Shown here: positions 18,979 to 28,413 of the stretch, one piece after another
How positions within the stretch are numbered: position 1 is the stretch's first letter
Layout: the number at the start of each line of letters is the position of its first letter
NCBI GenBank assembly: GCA_038884975.1
Contig: JAWAAW010000001.1
Span: 86,465-140,156 of the forward strand
Length of the DNA stretch: 53,692 nt
Origin: Candidatus Woesearchaeota archaeon
Lineage (GTDB): Archaea; Nanobdellota; Nanobdellia; Woesearchaeales; ARS49
Direction of reading: 5' to 3'
Position numbers and translations under genes: made by a program
Notes under the pieces: model-generated
Seen by the model: the letters and a program-made list of their open reading frames with translations, nothing else
Told to the model about the DNA's origin: nothing
The model's database searches: none

Positions 18979-18997
18979 TATTTACTTATGAGTAGTG
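18979..18997. promoter_or_regulatory. Putative operator TACT-N4-AGTA (copy 2) in a divergent promoter region
   Basis: TATTTACTTATGAGTAGTG, just downstream of the minus-strand BRE/TATA (CCGCAACCTTTTTAAG, 19005-19020). Confidence 0.5.
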
Positions 18998-19082
18998 AAG
19001 GTTGCTTAAAAAGGTTGCGGAAGAGGACGACAATACATTTATATATTTACGAATTTGCTTTCAGCTAAAAGAAGGTGACAAC

Positions 19083-20246
19083 TTGAGAAGACAAGGACAG
19101 GCAACAGGCGCGGCAGCAGCAACACTCATCGGCATCATTACGCTGCTCCTGATTTTTTACATACTCTTCCTGCCACCAGAAGAAAGAAAGGAACTGCTGA
19201 AAGAAGAAGCATTGCCTCCGGGAATAATCCCTGAAGGCGGCGAAATAATATTCAAAGCAGCACCAGGAAGACTCACATATGTCGGACAAACAGAATTTGA
19301 GCACGTCCTACCAAACATAATGCTAACAGAAGAAAGGCAGGCAAAAATACTTGCAGAAGCACCACCATTCACAATAAAAAAAGGGTGGTTCAAGAAACAA
19401 TTCAAGAACGTCACATTCTACCTTTCTGACCTTGAGACTGTTGACAATGTCTTCCTGAGCTTCCAAGCACCAGTGCGCAGGGGCAGGCTGAAAATAGTTT
19501 TCAATGGCGAACCAATATTTGAGGGCAACGTGAATGTACAAAACCCCAAGCCAGTGCCCATCCCAAAAAGCCTCTTGAAACTTGAAAACAGCGTTGACTT
19601 CCAAGTGTGGGGCTTTGGGCTAATATTCTCAAGGCAGTATAACCTTGAGGACGTAAAAATCATTGGCGAAATAATTGACGTGAAAAAGCAACAGGCAGCA
19701 AACGCATTCGGCATACCTGAGCTCGAGCACGAAAACATTGAGTCAGCGTATCTTGCATTTTTCCCAATATGCGACCAGAATGCAATCGGAACGCTTGAAA
19801 TAATGCTTAACAACAAAATAATTTATTCAGCAGTGCCTGTCTGCGACAGCCCTGCGCGTGAAGACCTTTTCAAGGAAGACTTTGTTGCAGGCAAGAACAC
19901 TCTTGGCTTTAGGCTTAAGTCAGGAACAGCACGAATAGAACAAATAAAGATAAAGACATTTGTCAAGCCAACAAAAGGATGGAGCGACTTCTTCTTCCTC
20001 AAACCAGAAGTCTACCATGCAATCATAACAGGAAAAGCGCACGCAATACTTGAGATTGAGTTTGTTGATGACGGAAAACTCAAGGAAGCCGCAACAAACC
20101 TCAATGGAAGGCTTGACGTGCTCTCGCAAAGAGACCCCAAGTACGTGCGCGACATTTCAGAAGTCGTGAGGGACGGCAACAACTTCATCGGCATAGAGCC
20201 AGGCGGCGACATAAACATAATGCGCCTGGCAGTGCGGGTGGAGTAA
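19083..20246 (+). CDS. Membrane-anchored beta-sandwich protein with class III-like signal peptide
   Basis: TTG start after AAGGTGA; MRRQG/QATGAAAATLIGIITLLLIFYILFLPP; repeated G.L.I..N...I and (G).N...F motifs. Confidence 0.75.
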   Translation: MRRQGQATGAAAATLIGIITLLLIFYILFLPPEERKELLKEEALPPGIIPEGGEIIFKAAPGRLTYVGQTEFEHVLPNIMLTEERQAKILAEAPPFTIKKGWFKKQFKNVTFYLSDLETVDNVFLSFQAPVRRGRLKIVFNGEPIFEGNVNVQNPKPVPIPKSLLKLENSVDFQVWGFGLIFSRQYNLEDVKIIGEIIDVKKQQAANAFGIPELEHENIESAYLAFFPICDQNAIGTLEIMLNNKIIYSAVPVCDSPAREDLFKEDFVAGKNTLGFRLKSGTARIEQIKIKTFVKPTKGWSDFFFLKPEVYHAIITGKAHAILEIEFVDDGKLKEAATNLNGRLDVLSQRDPKYVRDISEVVRDGNNFIGIEPGGDINIMRLAVRVE

Positions 20247-20248
20247 GC

Positions 20249-21781
20249 ATGGTTGCAGAAGCAGAAACTGCAAAAATCAAGGGTCCTACGGGATTTTTCG
20301 TGCTAGCATGCATAGTGCACGCTTTTGACATTCTCACGCGTTACGGAACAACACCTTTTACGATAGGCACAAACCCAGGCAACCCAATAATGTGGGTTGT
20401 GTTCTTCTTTTTTTACAGCATACTTTGGCTGATAGCATCAAAGGACGAATCACTCAAGCAGCTCGGCCAAAAAACACTTCTCGTGTGCGGAATCATTGCG
20501 TACATCTGGGGACCGTTATGGAGCATCATTCCCGGATACCTACCAGCACTCAAATACGTCAGTGCACTAATGCTCCTCATTGCCCCATTCTGGATTCTGG
20601 TGATTCTCTTCGGCACCGGAGCATTCCCAAGATTATCCCTTGTTTACTCAATCATCTGGCTTGGAATAATCACGTTTGCACTCTTCCCGCAAATACAAAC
20701 ATACTCAGAAGAACATGGATACCCGTTGCCAAACGCACTCAATCCAAAACTTGTTTTGCAATATGGAACAGAAAAAACAATTGAAGCAGCAAAAAACGCA
20801 TACGCATACCTTACAGGAATACAAAAAAAAGCAGTTGGCGAAGTAGAGCGTGCAATAAAAATGGCAAGTGGAGACTATTACACTGGCGAAGTTGACCAAG
20901 GCGCCAAAAAAAAGCTTGGAGTCTACCTTGAGAACTTCAGGACAGCAGAAAAAACATTCTACACAAACGCACCAGTCATTGCTTATGCCACGATGAAAGC
21001 AGAGACCCTTGAACGCGAACTGCCAATCCACATCGCCTGCGATACTGACAAGGGAATAAGCGCAAGCTCAATAAGACCAAAAGACTCATTCACAGTCCTC
21101 ACAACGGACCAATACGACATTGACTGCATTTGGAACCCGGGCACGCTAAATGCTGGCTTTCACAACCTGCGACTAATGGCAGAATTTGAGTTCTCAACAA
21201 GAGCATACCTAAAGACATATATGATGGACAGGGACAGATTGAGGGAATACAGAAAGCAAAACAAGGACCCGCTTGAAAACATACCCGACAAAAACCCAAT
21301 TGCTGTTTATACATCAGGACCTGTGCGAATAGGGATGGGAATCGGCCAGCAACCAATAGCAGTTGGAAGCGCAGGAGAATCACTACCAAGCATAGGAATA
21401 ACCCTTGAAAATGCATGGGAAGGAAAAATCATAGACATAATGGGAGTATTCTTCATCGTTCCTGAAGGAATTTCAATCCCGCATATAGAAGGTGTTGACA
21501 TTGTACAATCCAGCTGCAATGCTCTTCCTGAAGAAGAGCGCACTGCCTGCGATGACAACCTCGTAAACGTTTACTCACTCACTCCTGACGAGCTTAAAAA
21601 AGAATCTTACAAGAACCTAACCATCAAGACATTCAGGATCCCGCTTGAAATAACCAGCCCTGAGAAAGTGCTCGGCAATGCACCAATGAGCGTGCAAAAC
21701 TTCAAGGCAAGCGTGCAATACAGGTACCTGATAGAGCGCACCACCCCTGCAATAATAAAGGAGGTCCAACCAACAGAATGA
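20249..21781 (+). CDS. Polytopic membrane protein with large extracellular beta-sandwich C-terminus
   Basis: About 5 N-terminal TM segments, then a soluble region whose strand pattern parallels the downstream lipoproteins. Confidence 0.75.
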   Translation: MVAEAETAKIKGPTGFFVLACIVHAFDILTRYGTTPFTIGTNPGNPIMWVVFFFFYSILWLIASKDESLKQLGQKTLLVCGIIAYIWGPLWSIIPGYLPALKYVSALMLLIAPFWILVILFGTGAFPRLSLVYSIIWLGIITFALFPQIQTYSEEHGYPLPNALNPKLVLQYGTEKTIEAAKNAYAYLTGIQKKAVGEVERAIKMASGDYYTGEVDQGAKKKLGVYLENFRTAEKTFYTNAPVIAYATMKAETLERELPIHIACDTDKGISASSIRPKDSFTVLTTDQYDIDCIWNPGTLNAGFHNLRLMAEFEFSTRAYLKTYMMDRDRLREYRKQNKDPLENIPDKNPIAVYTSGPVRIGMGIGQQPIAVGSAGESLPSIGITLENAWEGKIIDIMGVFFIVPEGISIPHIEGVDIVQSSCNALPEEERTACDDNLVNVYSLTPDELKKESYKNLTIKTFRIPLEITSPEKVLGNAPMSVQNFKASVQYRYLIERTTPAIIKEVQPTE

Positions 21782-22698
21782 AAAAAACAATTGCGCTCGT
21801 TTTATTTCTTGTATTGCTTTCTGGTTGCCAGACTGGATTCTTGCAAAGAAAGGAAACAATGCATTTGCCAGAAGTAAAGACAGGCGTCCAAGGCCTTGAA
21901 TTGTACCTCACACCAGGAAGCCCACCGCCAGAAGTATATGAGAACAGCAAATTCAATGCGTTATTCGTGCTTTCCAACCTCGGCGCCCACGATATCGAAG
22001 ACGGAGTCTACTCAGTAAGTTATGAACCACAATACGTTTATCTCGCAAAACAACAAGCACAAGGCAGGTTTGCAGTGCGCGGAAAATCAGAATTCAACCC
22101 CCAAGGACAGGAAAGGCTCGTGAACCTCAATTTTGACACAAAACCCTTAGGGCAACAAATACAAGCATACACAACAACAATCACTTTCAACGCCTGCTAT
22201 CCCTACCAAACAAACGCCCTAATAATTGTTTGCATTGACACAGACATCACAGGCAAAAAACCAGGCAAGGTCTGCATTCCAAAAACACAAGCATTACCAG
22301 GAGGCCAAGGTGCACCTGTAGCAGTAACAATGATTGAGCAGCGAATGCTTCAATCAGACATGCCGGAAAGAGTTGTTCCTGAATTCGTACTAACAATCAG
22401 GAACCTGGGCAAAGGACAAGTAATGAAGTCAGAACTTTATCCAGAAGCCTGCTCAGGAAAACCGGTTGGCGAAGAAAACTGGAACGTTGTATCAGTTAGC
22501 GCAGCACTATCTGACGAAACATTGAACTGCACTCCAGAAAAAATAAAACTGAAATTGGGTGGCGACACAAAAATTGTGTGCAGGCTTGAAAAAGGAATTA
22601 ATTCAAGGCTTGGTACTTACACAGCACCATTGTCTGTAACACTTGATTATGGATACATGACTAGCATTTCAACACAAGTAAAGATAATGAAACAATGA
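21778..22698 (+). CDS. Putative lipoprotein, GGQGAP family paralog 1
   Basis: Lipobox LLSG/C; ACYPYQT...VCID; GGQGAPVAV; LDYGY; ATGA overlap with the upstream gene. Confidence 0.8.
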   Translation: MKKTIALVLFLVLLSGCQTGFLQRKETMHLPEVKTGVQGLELYLTPGSPPPEVYENSKFNALFVLSNLGAHDIEDGVYSVSYEPQYVYLAKQQAQGRFAVRGKSEFNPQGQERLVNLNFDTKPLGQQIQAYTTTITFNACYPYQTNALIIVCIDTDITGKKPGKVCIPKTQALPGGQGAPVAVTMIEQRMLQSDMPERVVPEFVLTIRNLGKGQVMKSELYPEACSGKPVGEENWNVVSVSAALSDETLNCTPEKIKLKLGGDTKIVCRLEKGINSRLGTYTAPLSVTLDYGYMTSISTQVKIMKQ

Positions 22699-22741
22699 CG
22701 ACCAAAGATTTAAATAATTCAAAAATCGTGCTTTAACAACA

Positions 22742-23668
22742 ATGCGAAAGACACTAATTGTGTTGGGAATATTGCTCATAATAATTCTTGCTGGCTGCAA
22801 AAGGGCAGCGCCACAGGAAAGACCCGCTTTTGTAGAGGAATTCAGGCGTGGGACCCAAGGACTTGTGATGCGCTTCACACCAAATATGCCACCAACAAAA
22901 CTCTTTTCAGGCGAGCAATTAGCCATTGTGCTTGAGGTTGAGAACAGAGGAACATATCCTGTAGGCGGGCCAGGAGACAGGATTTACATCTCAGGATTTG
23001 ACCCAAACATCATAAGCGGAATCTCACCGGCAGGAGAACCAATACCGCCCCTTGAAGGGAGAACACAATTCATCAGCCAAGGGGGCTTTGACACAGTCAC
23101 GTTCAAGGCAAACACACGAATACTGCAGGACAGATATCCTGTCACGCTCCTCGCAACCGCATGTTATGAATACAAGACTGTTGCAACAGGAAACGTATGC
23201 ATCGACCCCAACCCTTTTGCACCTGCAATAACACAAAAGGTCTGCGTGCCACAGAACGTCGGCCTTGCAGGAGGACAAGGAGCACCAATCGCAGTAAGCC
23301 TGATAGAAGTTGATGCAAGCCCCGGCAAAACAAGATTCAAGATACACGTTTCAAATGTTGGCGGAGGACAAGTTTTCAGGTCAGGGAGCGATACGCTCAA
23401 CAGGTGCGGTCCGGGAGGAATGCTGGGCTTTGACGAAATTGATTATGTGGAACTTGAAGACGTCATCGTCGGTGGCGTTTCAATAAGAGGAAGCTGCAAG
23501 CCCCTAGACATGGGACACATAAGACTGACAAACAGGCAAGGGGTTGTGTATTGCGAATTCGCAAGCCCAAGAGGCGACGCGGCATACGTGACACCAATGA
23601 CTGTCGTGCTAAGGTATGGCTACAGAGACTCATTAATACACAATATGGAAATCCTGCCAAGCATTTGA
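22742..23668 (+). CDS. Putative lipoprotein, GGQGAP family paralog 2
   Basis: Lipobox ILAG/C; ACYEYKT...VCID; GGQGAPIAV; LRYGY. Confidence 0.8.
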   Translation: MRKTLIVLGILLIIILAGCKRAAPQERPAFVEEFRRGTQGLVMRFTPNMPPTKLFSGEQLAIVLEVENRGTYPVGGPGDRIYISGFDPNIISGISPAGEPIPPLEGRTQFISQGGFDTVTFKANTRILQDRYPVTLLATACYEYKTVATGNVCIDPNPFAPAITQKVCVPQNVGLAGGQGAPIAVSLIEVDASPGKTRFKIHVSNVGGGQVFRSGSDTLNRCGPGGMLGFDEIDYVELEDVIVGGVSIRGSCKPLDMGHIRLTNRQGVVYCEFASPRGDAAYVTPMTVVLRYGYRDSLIHNMEILPSI

Positions 23669-23718
23669 TTACACCACACAGAAATGTTTATATATCAATT
23701 ATTCTCGGTCAGTGAATT

Positions 23719-24660
23719 ATGCGAAAGATAATTACTGTAATTGTTCTCTTAGTAATGATCACTGCCTGTGCGGGCGCAGGGAAGAAAGGAGAAAAAGTAG
23801 ACTTGGGAGCACCGTTTGTTGGAGGAACTGCAGGAGTTGTTGCGGAATTCATAGACTTTCGCAGTGAAGTTTTTGACGGTGGAAGAGACCCCTTTGACGT
23901 TGTCGTAAAACTTGAAAACAAAGGAGAAGCAACAGCAAGGCCTGAGCGCGTGCGCGTAAAGCTCTCAGGCATAAACCCTGCAGAGTTCGGCAAGCTTGAA
24001 GAAGACCTAAAGAAAAGCCCCACAGACGAATTGTTTGCAGTAACGAAGGACCCACAAGGAAACATTATTCCAGGAGGCCAGACGACTGTTGAATTCATTG
24101 GACTCAACCATTTTGCGCCAATAACAGGAGCGCAAGTAACGCTGCCTTTAAGAGCAGACATCTGTTACACGTACTCTACAAAAGCAGTAAGCAAGCTCTG
24201 CGTGCGCGAAAACCTGCTTGCCCCAGAACCAGGCGGAATATGCGAGATAAACGAAGACAAGCCAGTTGTGAACGCAGGAGCGCCAGTGCAAATGGGTGCA
24301 GTAAAGGAAACAGCACGTGGAAAGGACAAAATAAGCTTCAGCTTTGAAATCACGAACGTCGGCACTGGAAACCTGTTCAAGCAAGGAAGCACATGCGACC
24401 GCAGCACAAGGGCAAACGAGAATGTGATTTATTTGGTTGTTGACACAAAAATGCCAGGACTACAATGCACAGGACTTACAACAACCGGAACAAAAGCAGA
24501 GGGATACGTGACATTATACGACAAGAAAAAAACAGTAACTTGCACGCAAACAATAACCACAAGCACAGACTACGAACAACAAATAAGCATGGAAGCAACA
24601 TACGATTATGAGGAATACAAGCAAACACAAATAACAGTCAAGAGTTCTGGGGAAGAATAA
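23719..24660 (+). CDS. Putative lipoprotein, GGQGAP family paralog 3
   Basis: Lipobox ITA/C; ICYTYST...LCVR; NAGAPVQM; TYDY; own TATA (TTTATATA, about 23687). Confidence 0.8.
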   Translation: MRKIITVIVLLVMITACAGAGKKGEKVDLGAPFVGGTAGVVAEFIDFRSEVFDGGRDPFDVVVKLENKGEATARPERVRVKLSGINPAEFGKLEEDLKKSPTDELFAVTKDPQGNIIPGGQTTVEFIGLNHFAPITGAQVTLPLRADICYTYSTKAVSKLCVRENLLAPEPGGICEINEDKPVVNAGAPVQMGAVKETARGKDKISFSFEITNVGTGNLFKQGSTCDRSTRANENVIYLVVDTKMPGLQCTGLTTTGTKAEGYVTLYDKKKTVTCTQTITTSTDYEQQISMEATYDYEEYKQTQITVKSSGEE

Positions 24661-24743
24661 ACCACAGCTTCTAATACAATCCAATCTAAAAAAAATTGAG
24701 AATCCAAAAATTATGCAAGGTTCCAAGGACCCAAGAACAAGTT

Positions 24744-25706
24744 TTATTTTTTAACTGCAGAAACGTGCGCAAGCAAAGCTTCCAACTGTATGAACTCATC
24801 AGCACCCTCAACCATCCTGAATTCTATCTCGCCACACTTGTCAATCAAATGAACTTTTTCCCTGTTGCCAAGGTCAAGATTCCAAACTTCTTTCTGAATC
24901 TGACGAATGATGTCCAGTCCTGAAAGGCCATACTTGAGCATTGTGTCAAGCAAAACATTCCTTGCCTTCACAAAATCACCATCCAGCGCGGTTTTTAGAA
25001 GCATTGCAACTTCCTTGGGCTGAGCCATTGAAGCCATTGAAAACACAAGCTCAGGAGTCACGGTTTCCTGCATTGCAGCACAGCTTTGCAGGATGTTTTC
25101 CAAACGCCTGCAGTCACCCTCAGAAACATCATACAATGCCTTTTTTGCTTCAGTGGTGAGCTTCAATCCTTCCTGTTTTGCAATAGAATCAATGATTTTG
25201 AATACTTCCTCCAGAGGCAAGGGCTTGAAGCGGAAAACAGCGCAACGGCTCTGAATGGGATCGATAATCTTACTTGAGTAATTTGCTGCAAGAATGAAAC
25301 GGCAAGTGCTTGTGTAATTCTCCATTGTCCTCCTGAGCGCCTGCTGGGCTTCCTTTGTCAAGGCATCACATTCATCAAGAAAAATAATCTTGAAAGGTAC
25401 ATTGCCTATTGCCTTTGTCCTTGCAAAATCCTTCACCTTGACCCTGACAACATCAATGCCGCGTTCATCAGATGCATTAAGCTCAAGAAAGTTCTGGCGC
25501 CAGTTTTCGCCAAACAATTCCCTTGCAACAACCAATGCCAAAGTGCTCTTTCCAACACCCGGCGGTCCGGCAAAAAGCAAGTGCGGAATGTTCTTCTGCT
25601 CAACAAAAGACTTCACCTTGCTTACGACTGCATCCTGACCCTTGACCTCGCTGAAAGTCTTGGGGCGGTATTTCTCTGTCCAGATTACAGAATTTTCCTC
25701 AGCCAT
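24744..25706 (-). CDS. rfcS: Replication factor C small subunit
   Basis: WTEKYRP, GPPGVGKS, ELNASDERG, LDECD, IQSRC. Confidence 0.97.
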   Translation of the reverse strand: MAEENSVIWTEKYRPKTFSEVKGQDAVVSKVKSFVEQKNIPHLLFAGPPGVGKSTLALVVARELFGENWRQNFLELNASDERGIDVVRVKVKDFARTKAIGNVPFKIIFLDECDALTKEAQQALRRTMENYTSTCRFILAANYSSKIIDPIQSRCAVFRFKPLPLEEVFKIIDSIAKQEGLKLTTEAKKALYDVSEGDCRRLENILQSCAAMQETVTPELVFSMASMAQPKEVAMLLKTALDGDFVKARNVLLDTMLKYGLSGLDIIRQIQKEVWNLDLGNREKVHLIDKCGEIEFRMVEGADEFIQLEALLAHVSAVKK

Positions 25707-25758
25707 AAATCCCCCCGAACAGAACGAAAAGCCGCCAGTTTAAAAAGATTTAGGGAAA

Positions 25759-26025
25759 TCAGACAATGTCTTCTTCTGAGACAACCATAAAGTCGCCCAT
25801 AGCTATGACTGCGCTGAAAGGAATAAGCAGGTTACCTGCCTTGTCCTTTTCAAGCTCAAGCTTTTCTGTATAAGCGGTTGGGTTCTTAAGCACAAGGTGT
25901 ATTAATTCTCCTGACTTTGTCTCGAAAACAATGTCGCCGACCTCACCAAACCGCTTGCCAGACTTGCTGACAACAGTTTTGCCCATCAGTTGCTTTGAGA
26001 ATTTTTTTTCATCCGCAGTTGCCAT
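25759..26025 (-). CDS. PRC-barrel domain protein (CdpB-like)
   Basis: 88 aa; LMGKTVVSKSGKRFGEVGDIVFETKSGEL...IPFSAVIAMGDFMVV; GGTGA RBS. The longer ORF-track start is spurious. Confidence 0.85.
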   Translation of the reverse strand: MATADEKKFSKQLMGKTVVSKSGKRFGEVGDIVFETKSGELIHLVLKNPTAYTEKLELEKDKAGNLLIPFSAVIAMGDFMVVSEEDIV

Positions 26026-26119
26026 CAGTTCACCCTTATTTACTCCTGCCGAATGAGTGTAGGTTGTATTTAAATGTTTTCTTTTGTTCTGCAAGAAAGA
26101 TTTAAATAAAGACGGAGAA

Positions 26120-27208
26120 ATGAAGCAAAACATGAATGTTGAAGAAAGATTGGCTCTCATAAGGCAAGTAGGGGAGGAAATCATAACAGAAAACGAATTA
26201 AGGGAGCTTCTTGAAAAAAAGAAAAACCCAATAGCGTATGACGGGTTTGAGCCATCTGGAAAAATACACATAGCACAAGGACTCCTACGAGCAATAAACG
26301 TCAACAAAATGACAAAGGCAGGATGCAAGTTCATAATGCTCGTGGCAGACTGGCATGCGTGGCTAAACAACAAAATGGGTGGAGACCTTGATAAGATACA
26401 CACGGTTGGCAAGTATTTTGAAGAGGTCTGGAAAGCAACGGGAATGGACCTTGCTAACGTAAAATTCGTAAACTGCAGTGAATTCATCACCAAAGAAGAC
26501 TATTGGAAAAAGGTAGTGCAAATAACAAGACACACAACAATACAACGTATGCTGCGATGCGGGCAAATAATGGGAAGAAAAGAAAAAGAAATGCAGTACG
26601 CGGCACAAATAATTTATCCCGCAATGCAAGCGGCAGACATATTCCAATTGAATGCAGACATCTGCCAGCTCGGCATGGACCAGCGCAAGGTGAACATTCT
26701 CGCGCGCGAAATTGCGCCTAAGCTCGGCTGGAACAAGCCAGTAGCAGTCCACCACCACATGCTCATGGGGCTCCAGCAACCGCCCGCCACAACAAGCAAT
26801 GACAAGACAGAACGAACCATCGAACTAAAAATGAGCAAGAGCAACCCAGATTCTGCAATTTTCATGACCGACACAACAAACGATGTTGAGCGCAAGATAA
26901 TAAACGCATATTGCCCTCCAAAACAACTTGAAGAAAACCCAATAATCGAATATTGCAAATACATCATTTTTGAAAAACAAAAGGAACTTCTGATACAAAG
27001 ACCTGAAAAATTCGGCGGCGAACTTTTGCTGAAAGGATTTGAAGACCTGGCAAAGTCATACGCAACAGGCAAACTCCACCCAATGGACCTCAAAAAGGCA
27101 GTGGCGACAGCAATCAACACGTATTTGGAACCAATAAGAAAACATTTTAGCAAGGGAAAGCCAAAAGAACTGCTTGACCAAGTCAAAGGCTTTGAAATAA
27201 CACGCTGA
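26120..27208 (+). CDS. tyrS: Tyrosine--tRNA ligase
   Basis: YDGFEPSGKIHIAQG, YPAMQAAD, GMDQRK, KMSKS, LHPMDLK. Start is 26120 or 26132. Confidence 0.96.
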   Translation: MKQNMNVEERLALIRQVGEEIITENELRELLEKKKNPIAYDGFEPSGKIHIAQGLLRAINVNKMTKAGCKFIMLVADWHAWLNNKMGGDLDKIHTVGKYFEEVWKATGMDLANVKFVNCSEFITKEDYWKKVVQITRHTTIQRMLRCGQIMGRKEKEMQYAAQIIYPAMQAADIFQLNADICQLGMDQRKVNILAREIAPKLGWNKPVAVHHHMLMGLQQPPATTSNDKTERTIELKMSKSNPDSAIFMTDTTNDVERKIINAYCPPKQLEENPIIEYCKYIIFEKQKELLIQRPEKFGGELLLKGFEDLAKSYATGKLHPMDLKKAVATAINTYLEPIRKHFSKGKPKELLDQVKGFEITR

Positions 27209-27270
27209 AAAGCCCATTAAAAGCTTTGCCCACAAAATTTATAAACAATATTTGAGTCGGAAGAACCCAA

Positions 27271-28413
27271 ATGGTAATACGCAACACGGAAAAAACAGAA
27301 GACGTCAGTTATTCTTATGCAACAAACGTGAACGGGCTTGAAGAAGAAAACAGGTTCCTCAAGGAAAGCATTGACAACCTTGAAAAAGAACTTGAAAAAT
27401 TCAGGAAGGCACCCCTCATTGCCTGCGAGATAAGGGACATTCTTGAAGACAAGGCACTTGTAAGGCTTCCAAATGGCAACGAATTCCTTGTCGAAATAGC
27501 AGCCAATTGCGGCGAACTAATGCCAGGAGACAGTGCGCTGGCAGAACAAAAAAACCTGACAATACTCAAAAAAATGCCTGCCAGCAAAAAATTTGACGTA
27601 GAAAAATTCGTAATCCTTGAAAAGCCAGACATCAAGTGGGCAGACATAGGTGGGCTCTCAGAGCAAATCCAAGAAATAAAGGAAGTCATAGAACTACCCT
27701 TAAAAAAGCCAGAATTGTTCAAGCAAGTTGGAATCCAGCCACCGAAAGGAATACTCCTGTACGGACCGCCAGGAACAGGAAAAACGCTGCTTGCAAAGGC
27801 GGTTGCGGCAAGCACAAACAGCACGTTCATACAAGTCGTTGGCTCAGAACTCGTACAAAAATTCATTGGAGAAGGAGCAAAGCTCGTCAAGGAAATATTC
27901 CAGCTTGCACGCGAAAAAGCACCAAGCATAATATTCATAGACGAGCTTGACTCGATAGCGGCAACACGAATAGACATCGGCACATCAGGAGAAAGAGAAG
28001 TCCAAAGAACATTCATGCAGTTACTGGCAGAAATTGATGGATTCAAACCATTGGACAACGTCAAAATAATTGGCTGCACAAACAGAAGAGACATTCTCGA
28101 CACGGCAATACTAAGACCGGGAAGGCTTGACCGGCGCATATACGTGCCACTGCCTGACACTGATGCGCGCAGGGAAATATTCAGAATACATTCTGCCGAC
28201 GTAAACCTTGCAAAGCTAAACATAAATGATGTCGTTGCGGCAATGGAAGGATTCTCAGGAGCAGAAATAAAGGCAGTCGTGACAGAAGCAGGATACTTTG
28301 CAATACGCGAAGGAAGAACAAAAGTTACAGAAGAAGACATTTTGATGGCGATAGAAAAAGTAAGAAGCGGAAATCCTGTTGATGATGAAGACTATACGAG
28401 GATGTTTGGCTAA
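27271..28413 (+). CDS. pan: Proteasome-activating nucleotidase
   Basis: Coiled coil plus OB domain; GPPGTGKT, LVQKFIGEG, FIDELD, LRPGRLDR. Confidence 0.93.
   Translation: MVIRNTEKTEDVSYSYATNVNGLEEENRFLKESIDNLEKELEKFRKAPLIACEIRDILEDKALVRLPNGNEFLVEIAANCGELMPGDSALAEQKNLTILKKMPASKKFDVEKFVILEKPDIKWADIGGLSEQIQEIKEVIELPLKKPELFKQVGIQPPKGILLYGPPGTGKTLLAKAVAASTNSTFIQVVGSELVQKFIGEGAKLVKEIFQLAREKAPSIIFIDELDSIAATRIDIGTSGEREVQRTFMQLLAEIDGFKPLDNVKIIGCTNRRDILDTAILRPGRLDRRIYVPLPDTDARREIFRIHSADVNLAKLNINDVVAAMEGFSGAEIKAVVTEAGYFAIREGRTKVTEEDILMAIEKVRSGNPVDDEDYTRMFG

Noticed and set aside
26037-26060. Third copy of the TACT/AGTA operator upstream of the PRC-barrel gene
   Set aside because: Only the TATTTACTC half matches and the spacing differs; could be chance.
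27315-28340. 341-aa antisense ORF over pan, and many other shadow ORFs
   Set aside because: Fully antisense to well-supported genes, with no motifs or expression signals; explained by codon bias.
28396-28413. PAN C-terminus MFG rather than canonical HbYX
   Set aside because: Conservative Tyr-to-Phe variant; too little evidence of altered function.
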